Positions 19,481-29,678 of a stretch of 64,000 nucleotides of DNA are shown here, piece after piece. Position 1 is the stretch's first letter; the number at the start of each line of letters is the position of its first letter. Below the pieces are notes generated by a model that worked only from the letters and a program-made list of their open reading frames with translations, searched no databases and was not told the DNA's origin. The DNA comes from an uncultured Pseudomonadota bacterium (lineage in GTDB: Bacteria; Pseudomonadota; Alphaproteobacteria; Rs-D84): positions 92,409 through 156,408 of the forward strand of contig CACZUD010000002.1 in assembly GCA_902784345.1 (NCBI GenBank), in the 5' to 3' direction. A program made the translations under genes and the position numbers.

Positions 19481-19612
19481 ATGCCTATTCACAGACGCGA
19501 AAGAAACAAAAAGAAATATATCATCTGGGCAATAATAATTATATTGGCCGTCGGCATGATTGTATCTTTTTCCAATAACCCGGTCTTTACAGAAACAGTA
19601 CTTTATCCATGA
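19481..19612 (+). CDS. candidate 43-aa small membrane protein, translationally coupled to xerD
   Basis: Translated by hand as MPIHRRERNKKKYIIWAIIIILAVGMIVSFSNNPVFTETVLYP: a basic N-terminus plus one TM helix. Its TGA overlaps the xerD ATG as ATGA. It falls below the ORF-track size cutoff. Confidence 0.3.
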   Translation: MPIHRRERNKKKYIIWAIIIILAVGMIVSFSNNPVFTETVLYP

Positions 19613-20472
19613 ATTACATAGACATTTTTTTGGAAGCACTGTCTGCAGAAAAAGGACGCAGTCAAAAGACACTAAGCGCGTATGAATCAGATTTAAAACA
19701 CGCTGGTGATATTATTGGCGATTTATTAACTGCAACGGACAAAGATATACAAAAATATTTGTCGTCTCTTCCGGACAAGCCGTCTTCTATTGCCCGCAAA
19801 GCCAGCAGCTTGCGCAGTTTTTATAAATTTTTAATGTTGGAAAAAATTATAACAAAAAATCCGACGGCTAACCTTGAATTACCAAAACGCGGACGTGCAC
19901 TGCCAAAATATTTATCACGCGAAGAAATAGAATTACTGATATCATCGGCTGGGGACATAAAAAATTCTATTCGTCTGCGTTGCATGATAGAATTGCTTTA
20001 CGCGTCTGGATTACGTGTCAGTGAATTATGCGAATTACCATTGTCTGCGAATTTGGGTGACAAATTATTGATACATGGCAAAGGCGCAAAAGAAAGATTG
20101 GTACCAATGCACGAAGCCGCCCAAGACGCCCTGCACAAATGGTTAAATGTGCGTGGCGAAGTTGATTCGAAATATATATTTCCAACCAATTCAGAATCAG
20201 GCCATATAACACGTGATGGATTTTTCAAGATTTTAAAAAAGTGTGCGGTATTGGCAGGAATAGACCCGCACCGCGTCAGCCCACACGTGCTTCGTCATTC
20301 GTTTGCTTCACATTTATTGGCAGGTGGTGCAAATTTAAGAATTATACAAACAATGCTGGGGCACGAAGACATTTCAACAACCCAAATTTATACACATGTA
20401 TTGCCTGAAAAATTGCGCGACACAATGGAAAGCGCACACCCGTTGGCACATAACGATATTAAGGATATATAA
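19609..20472 (+). CDS. xerD: tyrosine site-specific recombinase XerD
   Basis: N-terminal SAM-like domain (KTLSAYESDL). The catalytic residues are in ASGLRVSEL, HVLRHSFASHLL and LGHEDISTTQIYTHV. Confidence 0.85.
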   Translation: MNYIDIFLEALSAEKGRSQKTLSAYESDLKHAGDIIGDLLTATDKDIQKYLSSLPDKPSSIARKASSLRSFYKFLMLEKIITKNPTANLELPKRGRALPKYLSREEIELLISSAGDIKNSIRLRCMIELLYASGLRVSELCELPLSANLGDKLLIHGKGAKERLVPMHEAAQDALHKWLNVRGEVDSKYIFPTNSESGHITRDGFFKILKKCAVLAGIDPHRVSPHVLRHSFASHLLAGGANLRIIQTMLGHEDISTTQIYTHVLPEKLRDTMESAHPLAHNDIKDI

Positions 20473-20475
20473 AAA

Positions 20476-20973
20476 ATGATAACAAAATGCGATCATCCTG
20501 GATGCACCAAGGCCGGCACATGCCGCGCCCCAAAGACACGTGATTTAAAAGAATATTGGTGGTTTTGCAAAGAACATGCGGCAGAATATAATAAAAATTG
20601 GAATTATTATGCGAATATGACGCCAGACGAAATTGATGCAGAATGGGAACGCGAAACATTTGGAATTGCCGATAAAGACAAAGAAAAAGTCAACCGCGAC
20701 GAAGCAGACTATGTGAACTTTATCAATGATTTTTTAACGGGACGTAATACATTTGATAAAATGCCTGTAAAAAAGACAGTGTCTTCACAAATCACATCCG
20801 CTTTTGCTGTGTTTGGCCTGCCGATAACTGCCAGCTGGCGCGAAGTTGGAACAAAATATCGCACCTTGGCTAAAAAATATCACCCTGATACCGCGGGGCA
20901 CAAATCATCAACTGATGAATTTACACGAATTAACACCGCATACGAAACATTGAAAAAATATTTCCAAAAATAA
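20476..20973 (+). CDS. J-domain protein with an N-terminal Cys/His cluster
   Basis: The C-terminal J domain carries HPD (YRTLAKKYHPDTAG). The N-terminus reads CDHPGCTKAGTCRAP...WWFCKEH. Confidence 0.8.
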   Translation: MITKCDHPGCTKAGTCRAPKTRDLKEYWWFCKEHAAEYNKNWNYYANMTPDEIDAEWERETFGIADKDKEKVNRDEADYVNFINDFLTGRNTFDKMPVKKTVSSQITSAFAVFGLPITASWREVGTKYRTLAKKYHPDTAGHKSSTDEFTRINTAYETLKKYFQK

Positions 20974-21035
20974 TTATTATATTTGCACGAAAATCTTTTT
21001 ATGCTATGCTTTTTCAAAAGAAACAAGGAATGAAA

Positions 21036-21932
21036 ATGTATGATGTTGTTATTTTAGGTTCGGGACCTGCCGGATTAACTGCTGCGATTTATACAGGACG
21101 CGCAAACAAATCTACCGTTGTTTTGGCTGGACCTTCTATGGGTGGACAAACAGGCGAAATCGCAAAATTGGAAAATTATCCCGGCTGGGCTGGTTCTGGT
21201 ATGGAACTGATTCAATTTATGACGAAACAGGCAAAAAGTTTCGGTGCAAAAATCGAATTTGCCAGCGCAACAGATATTAAATTCAATAATGATAAAACTT
21301 TTTCTGTCGTGTGCGACAACGGAAAAACAATAGATGCAAGAACAGTTATTTTGGCAACAGGTGCCCAGGCACGCAGATTAGAAATCGAAGGCGCACGCGA
21401 ATTCTTTGGCAAAGGTGTTTCATATTGCGCAACTTGCGACGGATTCTTTTATTCGGGACGTGATGTCTTGGTAATTGGTGGTGGAAACGCTGCATTAAAC
21501 GATGCGCTTTATTTATCAGATGTTGCAAAAAATGTGACAATTGTTTATCGCAAATCCGAATTCTTTCGTGCAGAAAACATTTTGCGCGACCGCATCAACG
21601 AAAAATCAAACATCAAATGCGTATATAATACAGAATTAAAATCTATCACACAAAAACCGGATTCTGAAAAACTGATTGCAACCGCAACAGATGGAAAAGA
21701 ATTTGAATGTGACGGTATCTTTGTTGCAATCGGACACGAAGCCAATACAGATTATTTATCTGAATCCATTAAACGCGATGACATGGGCCGTATTGCACCA
21801 GAATCTTTACCAGAGGGAATGTTCGTTGCCGGTGACGTGCACAGCAATATCAAAATGCAAATTGCAACTGCTGTCGGAACGGGCTGCAGTGCCGGCATGT
21901 CCGCAATCGCTTACTTGAATTCAAAAGAATAA
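21036..21932 (+). CDS. trxB: thioredoxin-disulfide reductase
   Basis: FAD site VVILGSGPAG, redox CATCDG and NADPH site VIGGGNAA. The start is placed at the ATG 6 nt after AAGGA; the ORF track starts at 21006. Confidence 0.9.
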   Translation: MYDVVILGSGPAGLTAAIYTGRANKSTVVLAGPSMGGQTGEIAKLENYPGWAGSGMELIQFMTKQAKSFGAKIEFASATDIKFNNDKTFSVVCDNGKTIDARTVILATGAQARRLEIEGAREFFGKGVSYCATCDGFFYSGRDVLVIGGGNAALNDALYLSDVAKNVTIVYRKSEFFRAENILRDRINEKSNIKCVYNTELKSITQKPDSEKLIATATDGKEFECDGIFVAIGHEANTDYLSESIKRDDMGRIAPESLPEGMFVAGDVHSNIKMQIATAVGTGCSAGMSAIAYLNSKE

Positions 21933-21948
21933 AAAAGGTGTTATTAAA

Positions 21949-23229
21949 ATGTTAGATTTAAAATTTATTCGTGAAAACAAAGATATTGTAAAAAATGCTT
22001 GTGTAGTAAAAAACTTCCCGGATGTCGTCGATGACATCTTGGCACTGGATGTGCGCGTTCGTGAATTGAAAACTATTACACAAACCAAGACCGCAGAAAA
22101 AAATAAAATTTCAAAAGAAATTCCAACAAGCACCGATAAAGCACCTTTGATTGCAAAATCAAAACAAATCAGCGAAGAAATAGCCGCCGATATGGCTGAA
22201 TTAGCAGAAAAAGAAGCCAAACTTAACGATTTATTGCATCGCGTTCCACAAATTCCCGATGCTTCTGCGCCTGTTGGCGCAGATGAATCTGCAAACGTCG
22301 AAATTCGTCGTGTTGGAACACCACGCAAATTCGACTTTACACCACGCCCACAATGGGAATTGCTGGAAATGAACGGTTGGTGGATGCCCGAAAAAATCGC
22401 AGGTATTTGTGGCACACGTGTTTATGCACTTTGTGGTGAATTGGCAGAACTCGCTTTGGCCGTCCAAACTTATGTCGTCCAAAATCTAATATCCAAAGGT
22501 TTTAAATACATTGAATGTCCATCTATTACAAAACCACAAACTATATTCAACGCAGGACACTTTATGGGTTCAGATCTGTCGGTTATGAATAACGATGTAT
22601 TTATGTTAACAGATACAGACAGATGTTTGGCTGGTACTGCTGAAATCATCATCAATTCGCTGCATGCTGATGAAATCTTGAACGAAAATGATTTACCTAT
22701 GAAATACGCAGGATATTCACCATGCTTCCGCAAAGAAGCCGGTGCAGCAGGCCGCGACACACGCGGTATCGTTCGTGTTCATCAATTTAACAAAGTTGAA
22801 CAATATGTATTCTGTAAACCTGAACAAAGCGACGAAATGCATGAACACATATTAAATAATCTTTGTGAATTTATGGAAGCGTTCGAATTACCATATCGTG
22901 TAATTGCCAATTCAACCGGCGACATGGGATTCAACAAAGTTAAGATGAACGATGTAGAAGCTTGGTTTCCATCTGAAAATTCATATCGCGAATTGGGTTC
23001 TTGTTCGTCCATCGGTCAATTCCAGGCACGCAGAACAAACACCAGATATCGTGAAAATGCGACAGGCGAAGTAAAATATGTTGCTACATTGAACAATACG
23101 GCTATCGCCCTGCCTCGCGCGCTGGTACCGATTATCGAAAACCACCAAAACCCAGATGGGTCTGTCAATATTCCAAAGGCACTGCAACCTTATATGGGCG
23201 GCCGAACAAAAATTGGTGGCAAACATTAA
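21949..23229 (+). CDS. serS: serine--tRNA ligase
   Basis: N-terminal coiled coil and class II motifs (GYSPCFRKEAGAAGRDTRGIVRVHQFNKVE). Confidence 0.95.
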   Translation: MLDLKFIRENKDIVKNACVVKNFPDVVDDILALDVRVRELKTITQTKTAEKNKISKEIPTSTDKAPLIAKSKQISEEIAADMAELAEKEAKLNDLLHRVPQIPDASAPVGADESANVEIRRVGTPRKFDFTPRPQWELLEMNGWWMPEKIAGICGTRVYALCGELAELALAVQTYVVQNLISKGFKYIECPSITKPQTIFNAGHFMGSDLSVMNNDVFMLTDTDRCLAGTAEIIINSLHADEILNENDLPMKYAGYSPCFRKEAGAAGRDTRGIVRVHQFNKVEQYVFCKPEQSDEMHEHILNNLCEFMEAFELPYRVIANSTGDMGFNKVKMNDVEAWFPSENSYRELGSCSSIGQFQARRTNTRYRENATGEVKYVATLNNTAIALPRALVPIIENHQNPDGSVNIPKALQPYMGGRTKIGGKH

Positions 23230-23234
23230 ACAAA

Positions 23235-23257
23235 ACGCCCAAACGGGCGTTTTTTTA
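23235..23257 (+). terminator. rho-independent terminator of serS
   Basis: acgccc-aaac-gggcgt hairpin followed by a T7 run. Confidence 0.75.
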
Positions 23258-23326
23258 TATAATTTGTTGAAATCTGAAAAATATGGTATAATATACCCAT
23301 TTGCAGAAAAACAAAGAAGAATCAGT

Positions 23327-25171
23327 ATGAAAATAAGAAACATCGCTATTATTGCACACGTTGACCATGGAAAAACAACTTTGGTCGATAATATGTTGAA
23401 ACAAGCCGGAACATTCCGTGAAAATGAACATGTCGAAGATAGAGTTATGGACAGTGGTGATATCGAACGCGAACGCGGAATTACTATATCTGCAAAACCG
23501 ACTTCTATTCAATGGGGCGAATACAAAATTAATATTGTGGACACACCAGGACACGCGGACTTTGGTGGCGAAGTAGAACGTATTTTATCCATGGTTGATG
23601 GCGTGGTATTATTGGTGGACAGTGCCGAAGGTCCCCTTCCCCAAACTAAATTCGTGTTAAGTAAAGCATTGAAATTAAACCTGCGTCCTATTGTGTGCAT
23701 TAATAAAATTGACCGTGGCGACGCACGTCCAGATGAAGTTTTGACTGAAACTTTTGATTTGTTCGATAAATTGGGCGCAACAGATTCACAACTTGACTTC
23801 CCATATTTGTATGCTTGCGGAAGGGACGGTTGGGCAATTCGTGATTTGAAAGATATTGATAATCCAAACAAAGACTTAACGCCTTTGTTCCAGTTAATTG
23901 TAGACCATGTACCTGCACCAGATTGCAATGGCGAAAGATGCCAATTAGATGCACCATTTAAAATGTTGGCCACTACATTGGAAGCAGACCCATATGTTGG
24001 TCGTATTTTGACTGGAAAAATTGAATCTGGAACTGTAAAAGTTGGTCAGTCTGTGAAGGCAATCAATATGGCTGGCGAATTTATTGAAAATGCAAAGATT
24101 ACAAAAATTATTGAACACCAAGGTATCAACAAAGTTTCGCGCGAAAGCGCATCCGCGGGCGACATTGTTGTTATCGCAGGTTTTTCAAAAGCAACAGTGG
24201 CAGATACACTTTGCGACCCAAGTGTTAACGAACCAATACCAGCAATGCCTATTGATCCACCTACCCTTACTATGACATTCTTTGTTAACACTTCGCCTTT
24301 GGCTGGACAAAGCGGTAAAAAGTTAACATCACGTATGATTGGCGAAAGATTGTTCAAGGAAGCAGAAACAAATATCGCCCTGCGCGTCAGTCAAAGCGCA
24401 AACAACGAAGCCTTCGAAGTTTCTGGTCGTGGCGAATTACAATTGGGTATTTTGATTGAAACTATGCGTCGCGAAGGATTTGAATTATCTGTATCACGTC
24501 CACGCGTTGTTATGCAAACAAATGAAAACGGTGAAAAACTGGAACCAATCGAAGAAGTAGTTATTGATGTGGACGATGAATTCAGCGGTGTAGTTATTGA
24601 AAAAATGACTAAACGCAAAGCAACAATTACCGAAATGAAACCATCAGGCATTGGCAAAACACGTATCGTATTTTCTGCACCTTCACGTGGCTTGATTGGA
24701 TATCTGTCTGAATTCAGAACTGATACTCGTGGAACAGGTATCATGAACCGCGTATTTGATAAATATGATACATACCGCGGTCCAATCACACAATATCGCC
24801 CTGGCGTTTTGGTATCTATGGAAGCAGGCAGCACAACGACATACGCCCTGCACAATTTGGAACCACGCGGTGTATTGTTTGTCGGACCACAAGTCGAAGT
24901 TTATTCCGGTATGATTGTCGGTGAACACAGCAAAGAAAACGATATCGAAGTCAACCCAGTTCGTGGTAAACAATTAACAAATGTTCGTTCTGTTACTGCA
25001 GATGAAAAATTGTTCCTTGCCCCACCAAGAAAAATGTCTTTGGAAGAAGCGCTGTCTTATATCCAAGATGACGAATTGGTGGAAGTAACCCCAAGCACAA
25101 TCCGCCTGCGTAAAAAAGAACTGGACAGCGGTAAACGCAAAAAAGCATATCGCTTTGCGGAAACAGACTAA
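23327..25171 (+). CDS. typA: translational GTPase TypA/BipA
   Basis: [17 protein letters not shown] and NKID motifs, with EF-G-like domains. The start is set at [18 protein letters not shown]; the ORF-track start at 23156 would overlap serS and its terminator. Confidence 0.95.
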   Translation: MKIRNIAIIAHVDHGKTTLVDNMLKQAGTFRENEHVEDRVMDSGDIERERGITISAKPTSIQWGEYKINIVDTPGHADFGGEVERILSMVDGVVLLVDSAEGPLPQTKFVLSKALKLNLRPIVCINKIDRGDARPDEVLTETFDLFDKLGATDSQLDFPYLYACGRDGWAIRDLKDIDNPNKDLTPLFQLIVDHVPAPDCNGERCQLDAPFKMLATTLEADPYVGRILTGKIESGTVKVGQSVKAINMAGEFIENAKITKIIEHQGINKVSRESASAGDIVVIAGFSKATVADTLCDPSVNEPIPAMPIDPPTLTMTFFVNTSPLAGQSGKKLTSRMIGERLFKEAETNIALRVSQSANNEAFEVSGRGELQLGILIETMRREGFELSVSRPRVVMQTNENGEKLEPIEEVVIDVDDEFSGVVIEKMTKRKATITEMKPSGIGKTRIVFSAPSRGLIGYLSEFRTDTRGTGIMNRVFDKYDTYRGPITQYRPGVLVSMEAGSTTTYALHNLEPRGVLFVGPQVEVYSGMIVGEHSKENDIEVNPVRGKQLTNVRSVTADEKLFLAPPRKMSLEEALSYIQDDELVEVTPSTIRLRKKELDSGKRKKAYRFAETD

Positions 25172-25176
25172 ACCTA

Positions 25177-25200
25177 CCGCCCAAATGGGCGGTTTTTGTT
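25177..25200 (+). terminator. rho-independent terminator of typA
   Basis: ccgccc-aaat-gggcgg hairpin followed by a T-run. Confidence 0.75.
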
Positions 25201-25252
25201 TTGTTGCAAAAAACATATAAACATTGTATAGTTGTATCAAAGATAAAAATAT

Positions 25253-26098
25253 ATGCCTGATCGATTATTTTTATTTGCTGGGTTTAACAAAGATTGCATT
25301 GTTGATGATGCGTTGCTTTATTATGTAAAAAGTCTTTCCAAATATGGCGATGTAATTTTATGTATGGATTGCACCTGCAAAAAAAGCGAAATTGAAAAGA
25401 TAAAAAAATATACAATTAACACTGTTGCCAAAAGACATGGCGAATATGATTTTGGTTCTTATAAACGTTGTTTTGAATATGCGTATGAAAATGAATTATT
25501 AAAAAATTACAATTATGTTTATTTGATGAATGATTCTGTTTTTGGACCGTTTTATGACATCAAAAACACACTGGAAAAACTGGAAAACAACCCTGCCGAT
25601 GCCTGTGGTATTGTTGTATCAAAACATAAAACACATGCATTTATCGAATCTTGGTTTATAAGATTGAATAAAAATATATTTATGTCGGCATGGTTTCGCA
25701 ATTTTATGTATGCTGTAAAAAAAGAACCTGGAAAAACCGAAGTAACAATCAAATACGAACACGGTCTTTCAAATCTTATAGAAAACAATGGTTGTTCTTT
25801 ATCTGGATTATTTATACGACACGGCCGATTTACTTATAACAAGCCAAAATATTTATTTAAACATGGTTGCCCATTTATAAAGAAATTATCTTTTACCAGA
25901 CATAATGGTATGTTTGGGAAACAAATAAAATATATATTAAATCATTGTGACAAGCCTGCGGCAAATGCAGTTATAAAAACAGCAAATTATTTGTATGGAA
26001 AAAAATATATAGATTGGCTATTAACCTATAATCCCTTAAAAATATGGTATCGCACTATTATATACGGCAAGAACAAACTAAAAGATGGTTGGATATGA
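25253..26098 (+). CDS. rhamnan-synthesis protein F (RgpF)-like polysaccharide biosynthesis protein
   Basis: The pattern FAGFNKD...YDFGSYKRCFEY...YVYLMNDSVFGPF matches the recalled RgpF-family DfgsW...NDSvfGP signature. Confidence 0.6.
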   Translation: MPDRLFLFAGFNKDCIVDDALLYYVKSLSKYGDVILCMDCTCKKSEIEKIKKYTINTVAKRHGEYDFGSYKRCFEYAYENELLKNYNYVYLMNDSVFGPFYDIKNTLEKLENNPADACGIVVSKHKTHAFIESWFIRLNKNIFMSAWFRNFMYAVKKEPGKTEVTIKYEHGLSNLIENNGCSLSGLFIRHGRFTYNKPKYLFKHGCPFIKKLSFTRHNGMFGKQIKYILNHCDKPAANAVIKTANYLYGKKYIDWLLTYNPLKIWYRTIIYGKNKLKDGWI

Positions 26099-26931
26099 TA
26101 AAAAACAAAAAAATAGCAGCAATTACAATGGCACGCGACGATGAATTCTTTTTGTCGCGATGGATTGCATATTACGGCAAACAATTCGGAACCGAAAATT
26201 TATATATTTTACTGGACGGCACAGACCAACCTGTTCCTGCAAACGCGGGCCATGCACATATAACTAAATTACCGCATAAACAGTTATCACGTGCCGCTGG
26301 CGATAAATACAGAATACAAAAATTGTCTGAATTGGCGCACAAATTATTAAAAACTTATGATATTGTTATTGGATGCGACAGTGATGAATTTTTAATTGTT
26401 GACCCAAAATTGCACACGACATTGTCTGCATATTTATCAAACAAGAAAATTAATACAACACTTTCAGGACTTGGTCTTGATGTCGGGCAACATTTATATT
26501 CTGAAGCAATTCTTGACACAACTGCGCCTTTCTTGGAACAGCGCGAATACGCCCTGCTTTCCACGCGTTATACTAAACCAGTTGTTATAAATAAACCTGT
26601 CTGCTGGGGCAGTGGATTTCACAGCATTCGTCATCATAATTTTCACATTGATAAAAATTTGTATCTTTTGCACTTTGGCGCAATTGATATGAATATGCTG
26701 GAAGAAAAAGCAAAAAAACGCGGATCTGATTGGCTAAAACATTTGCAACGTCGCGGTAACGGAACAATCAATCATGTCACAAAATCAAAACCAAAATCAG
26801 AAAAATGGCTGAATATCGCACGAATCTTGCAAACGTACTGTCGTCCGATATACGCACTGCGCAAACCAGCAATGTTCGGGTTAAGACCGGTAGTAAAAAT
26901 TCCAAATCGTTTTAAAAAATCAGGAATATGA
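26095..26931 (+). CDS. putative GT-A fold glycosyltransferase
   Basis: The start ATG overlaps the previous stop as ATGA. The N-terminus AAITMARDDEFFLSRWIAYY, the LLDGTD segment and the acidic CDSDEF motif are consistent with a GT2/GT92-like domain. Family uncertain. Confidence 0.5.
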   Translation: MIKNKKIAAITMARDDEFFLSRWIAYYGKQFGTENLYILLDGTDQPVPANAGHAHITKLPHKQLSRAAGDKYRIQKLSELAHKLLKTYDIVIGCDSDEFLIVDPKLHTTLSAYLSNKKINTTLSGLGLDVGQHLYSEAILDTTAPFLEQREYALLSTRYTKPVVINKPVCWGSGFHSIRHHNFHIDKNLYLLHFGAIDMNMLEEKAKKRGSDWLKHLQRRGNGTINHVTKSKPKSEKWLNIARILQTYCRPIYALRKPAMFGLRPVVKIPNRFKKSGI

Positions 26932-27885
26932 TTTTAGTAATTTTTTAATTCTGAAATAATATTTCAAAGACTGTAAATCATAAGGCTTTGAACACATACC
27001 TTTTTCATAAATATCTTTTATATATCCCACAGCTGTTTTTTTATCATTTTCATCATCAAGAGATTTTATAGTTCTGACCATCGAATAAATAAAAGGCCAA
27101 ATAAAATTTTCACTGTATAATTTAAAATATTTTTTATCCATCTTTTTATATATATCAAAATTATGTTTCAATCCAAGCCAAACATATTTGATAAAATCCA
27201 TTTTCTTAGATGTATGCAATAAAGAGCTTTCATTTTGAACATAATAATAAAGCCCGACATTTGCTATCAATGTTTTTGGTAACTTTGAATAAACTTCGCT
27301 TAACCAATAAAAATCTTCGCATAATTTTATATCCACAGGAAATTTGATATTTTTAATCAAATCCGTTTTATATAATTTTTGCCAAACGTATGCGCGTTTT
27401 ATCGCGTATTTTGATCTTATACCATCGCGTTCGGCGGCATACTTTAAAACATTATCAGTCACAATAAAATCAAATTTTGTAATCTTGTTATGTTTATCTA
27501 TTTTTGTGTTTGACGATATGTTATTTTTTAAGAAAGAAACCATATCTACATTATTTTTTTGTGCTAAACCATATACAATTTCCATGGTTTGTGGGTGAAT
27601 AAAATCATCGCTGTCCAAAAACATCACATATTCAGATTTTGCCTTTTTCATACCGGTGTTTCGTGCATCTGATAAACCACCATTTTTTTTGTGAATCACG
27701 ACAAATCTTTTGTCATTTTTTGCGTATTCTTCTGCGATGCTGCCAGATTTATCAGGACTGCCATCATCAACACAAATCGCGGTCCAGTCTTGGAAAGTTT
27801 GATTTTTTACAGAATCCAAACACCGACGTAAAAAACGTTCTACATTATACATCGGAATAATTATAGATATTTTTGACATGAACAA
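26920..27885 (-). CDS. family 2 glycosyltransferase
   Basis: ISIIIPMYNVERFLRRCLDSV, DDGSPD and LDSDD (DXD) motifs. Confidence 0.85.
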   Translation of the reverse strand: MFMSKISIIIPMYNVERFLRRCLDSVKNQTFQDWTAICVDDGSPDKSGSIAEEYAKNDKRFVVIHKKNGGLSDARNTGMKKAKSEYVMFLDSDDFIHPQTMEIVYGLAQKNNVDMVSFLKNNISSNTKIDKHNKITKFDFIVTDNVLKYAAERDGIRSKYAIKRAYVWQKLYKTDLIKNIKFPVDIKLCEDFYWLSEVYSKLPKTLIANVGLYYYVQNESSLLHTSKKMDFIKYVWLGLKHNFDIYKKMDKKYFKLYSENFIWPFIYSMVRTIKSLDDENDKKTAVGYIKDIYEKGMCSKPYDLQSLKYYFRIKKLLKSYS

Positions 27886-27891
27886 ACCCTT

Positions 27892-28662
27892 TTAAAAAAA
27901 CAATTTTATAATTTTTCTAAACTTCCACAACAAAGCAACATTATTATCTTTTGAATATTGTTTTCTGAATTGTTTCCCGATTTTATATTGCTGTTTTAAT
28001 TTGTCATGATGCTTTTTATCTTTGATATTTAATGCAGAGGTATTATGAAATATATAGTGATAATTCACATTTGGAACTATCGCTAATTGATTTGCAAAAA
28101 CAAAAGATTGCAAAACAAAGATTGCGTCTTCTTGTGATATCAAAGATGTATCAAATTTCAATTTATGTTTTTTGATAAAATCTGTTTTATATAAATACCG
28201 CCATACAAAAGATTTTAATAATGCCTGGGACCAAAACAACTTGCCAAACATTGTTTTCAAAATATGTTGTTTTTTGTATATCATATTTGAAGAATGTTTG
28301 CTGTTAGAAACGAACCCAGAACATATTATATCTGCATCTTTTGAACCATTTAACATTTCTTCATAATAATTATTATCCAATATATCATCTGCATCCATAA
28401 AATGAATATATTCGCCGTTTGCCTTTTTAATACCATCATTACGTGCGGCAGAAACACCAGCATTTTTCTTATGAACAACAACGAATCTTTTATCTTTTTT
28501 TGCGTATTTATCCAATATACTTGGTGTATCATCAGTACTGCCATCATCAATACATATTGCAGTCCAATCTTTCATCGTTTGTTTTTTAAGACTTTCCAAA
28601 CAATCCGGCAAATATTTTGCCCCATTATAAACAGGAATAATCACAGATATTTTTGGTTTCAT
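27892..28662 (-). CDS. family 2 glycosyltransferase
   Basis: ISVIIPVYNGAKYLPDCLESL, DDGSTD and MDADD motifs. Confidence 0.85.
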   Translation of the reverse strand: MKPKISVIIPVYNGAKYLPDCLESLKKQTMKDWTAICIDDGSTDDTPSILDKYAKKDKRFVVVHKKNAGVSAARNDGIKKANGEYIHFMDADDILDNNYYEEMLNGSKDADIICSGFVSNSKHSSNMIYKKQHILKTMFGKLFWSQALLKSFVWRYLYKTDFIKKHKLKFDTSLISQEDAIFVLQSFVFANQLAIVPNVNYHYIFHNTSALNIKDKKHHDKLKQQYKIGKQFRKQYSKDNNVALLWKFRKIIKLFF

Positions 28663-28665
28663 TTT

Positions 28666-29676
28666 TTATTTCCCGATAAAATCGTATATTAATTCCATAT
28701 ATTTATCTGCTTTTTTGCCGGTTGGATTTTTGAACACATTAAGTCTGTCTAAATCGACCAACATTTTCCTTATTTCTTTTTTATCAGATTCTTCATTAAC
28801 ATTTTTTAATTCTTTGGCGATTTGATGAATAATAACAGGCCACATATAATTTTCCTGCCATTTTTGCATTTCATAATCTGACGCAGTATCTTGATATAAA
28901 ACAAAAGAAGTTTTTAATCCAATCAGCCAACAAATTATTTTCTTTGCCTTTTTTGATCCCATATCAATCGAATTCAAATTAGGATAATAATAATAGAACG
29001 GCAAATTAGTTATAGTGACGCTTGGTCTGCGCAACATAACTGTTGACCACCATGGAAAATCTTCAAACAAAATACCTTTGATAAATTCTATACCTTTTAA
29101 AAAATCCGTTCTTATTAAATGACGCCAAACATAACAATGCTTTATCGGCCATTTCATTTTGGTATGAGATAATTCTGTCGCATGTTCAAAGATATTATCT
29201 GCAACAAAATATTTTACTTTGTTAATATCATATCTTTTTTTGATTCCATGCGGCATTACACGTTCTGTATCTAACTTTAGTTTATGGCGCACCAATAATT
29301 GAGGTCTGTACATTTTATCTTTATACCAAGAAACTATATCTGTACCATTTTTTTGTGCCAGACCATAAGCAATTTCCATTGTTTGCGGATGAATAAAATC
29401 ATCACTGTCCAAAAACATCACATATTCAGATTTAACTTTTTCCATACCCGCATTTCGTGCATCAGAAAGTCCACCATTTTCTTTGTGAATCACAATAAAT
29501 CTTTTGTCTTTTTTTGCATATTCTTCTGCGATGCTGCCAGACTTATCAGGGCTGCCATCATCAACACAAATTGCCGTCCAATCTTGAAAGGTCTGATTTT
29601 TTACAGAATCTAAACATCGACGTAAAAAACGTTCGACATTATACATCGGAATAATTACTGATATTTTTGGCTTCAT
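28666..29676 (-). CDS. family 2 glycosyltransferase; the N-terminal ~110 aa are nearly identical to 26920-27885
   Basis: ISVIIPMYNVERFLRRCLDSVKNQTFQDWTAICVDDGSPDKSGSIAEEYAK is shared almost residue for residue with the other gene. The C-terminal half is divergent. Confidence 0.85.
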   Translation of the reverse strand: MKPKISVIIPMYNVERFLRRCLDSVKNQTFQDWTAICVDDGSPDKSGSIAEEYAKKDKRFIVIHKENGGLSDARNAGMEKVKSEYVMFLDSDDFIHPQTMEIAYGLAQKNGTDIVSWYKDKMYRPQLLVRHKLKLDTERVMPHGIKKRYDINKVKYFVADNIFEHATELSHTKMKWPIKHCYVWRHLIRTDFLKGIEFIKGILFEDFPWWSTVMLRRPSVTITNLPFYYYYPNLNSIDMGSKKAKKIICWLIGLKTSFVLYQDTASDYEMQKWQENYMWPVIIHQIAKELKNVNEESDKKEIRKMLVDLDRLNVFKNPTGKKADKYMELIYDFIGK

Positions 29677-29678
29677 TT

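Noticed and set aside
19475-19672. 65-aa Cys-rich minus-strand ORF between lptF/G and xerD
   Set aside because: It overlaps the xerD start. It is antisense to the plus-strand small ORF, which has a cleaner TM helix and an ATGA coupling to xerD.
21921-22415. 164-aa minus-strand ORF
   Set aside because: It is antisense to serS, with no start context or motifs.
23156-23326. 57-codon N-terminal extension of TypA in the ORF track
   Set aside because: It would overlap the serS 3' end and read through the serS terminator. The canonical GTPase N-terminus starts at 23327.
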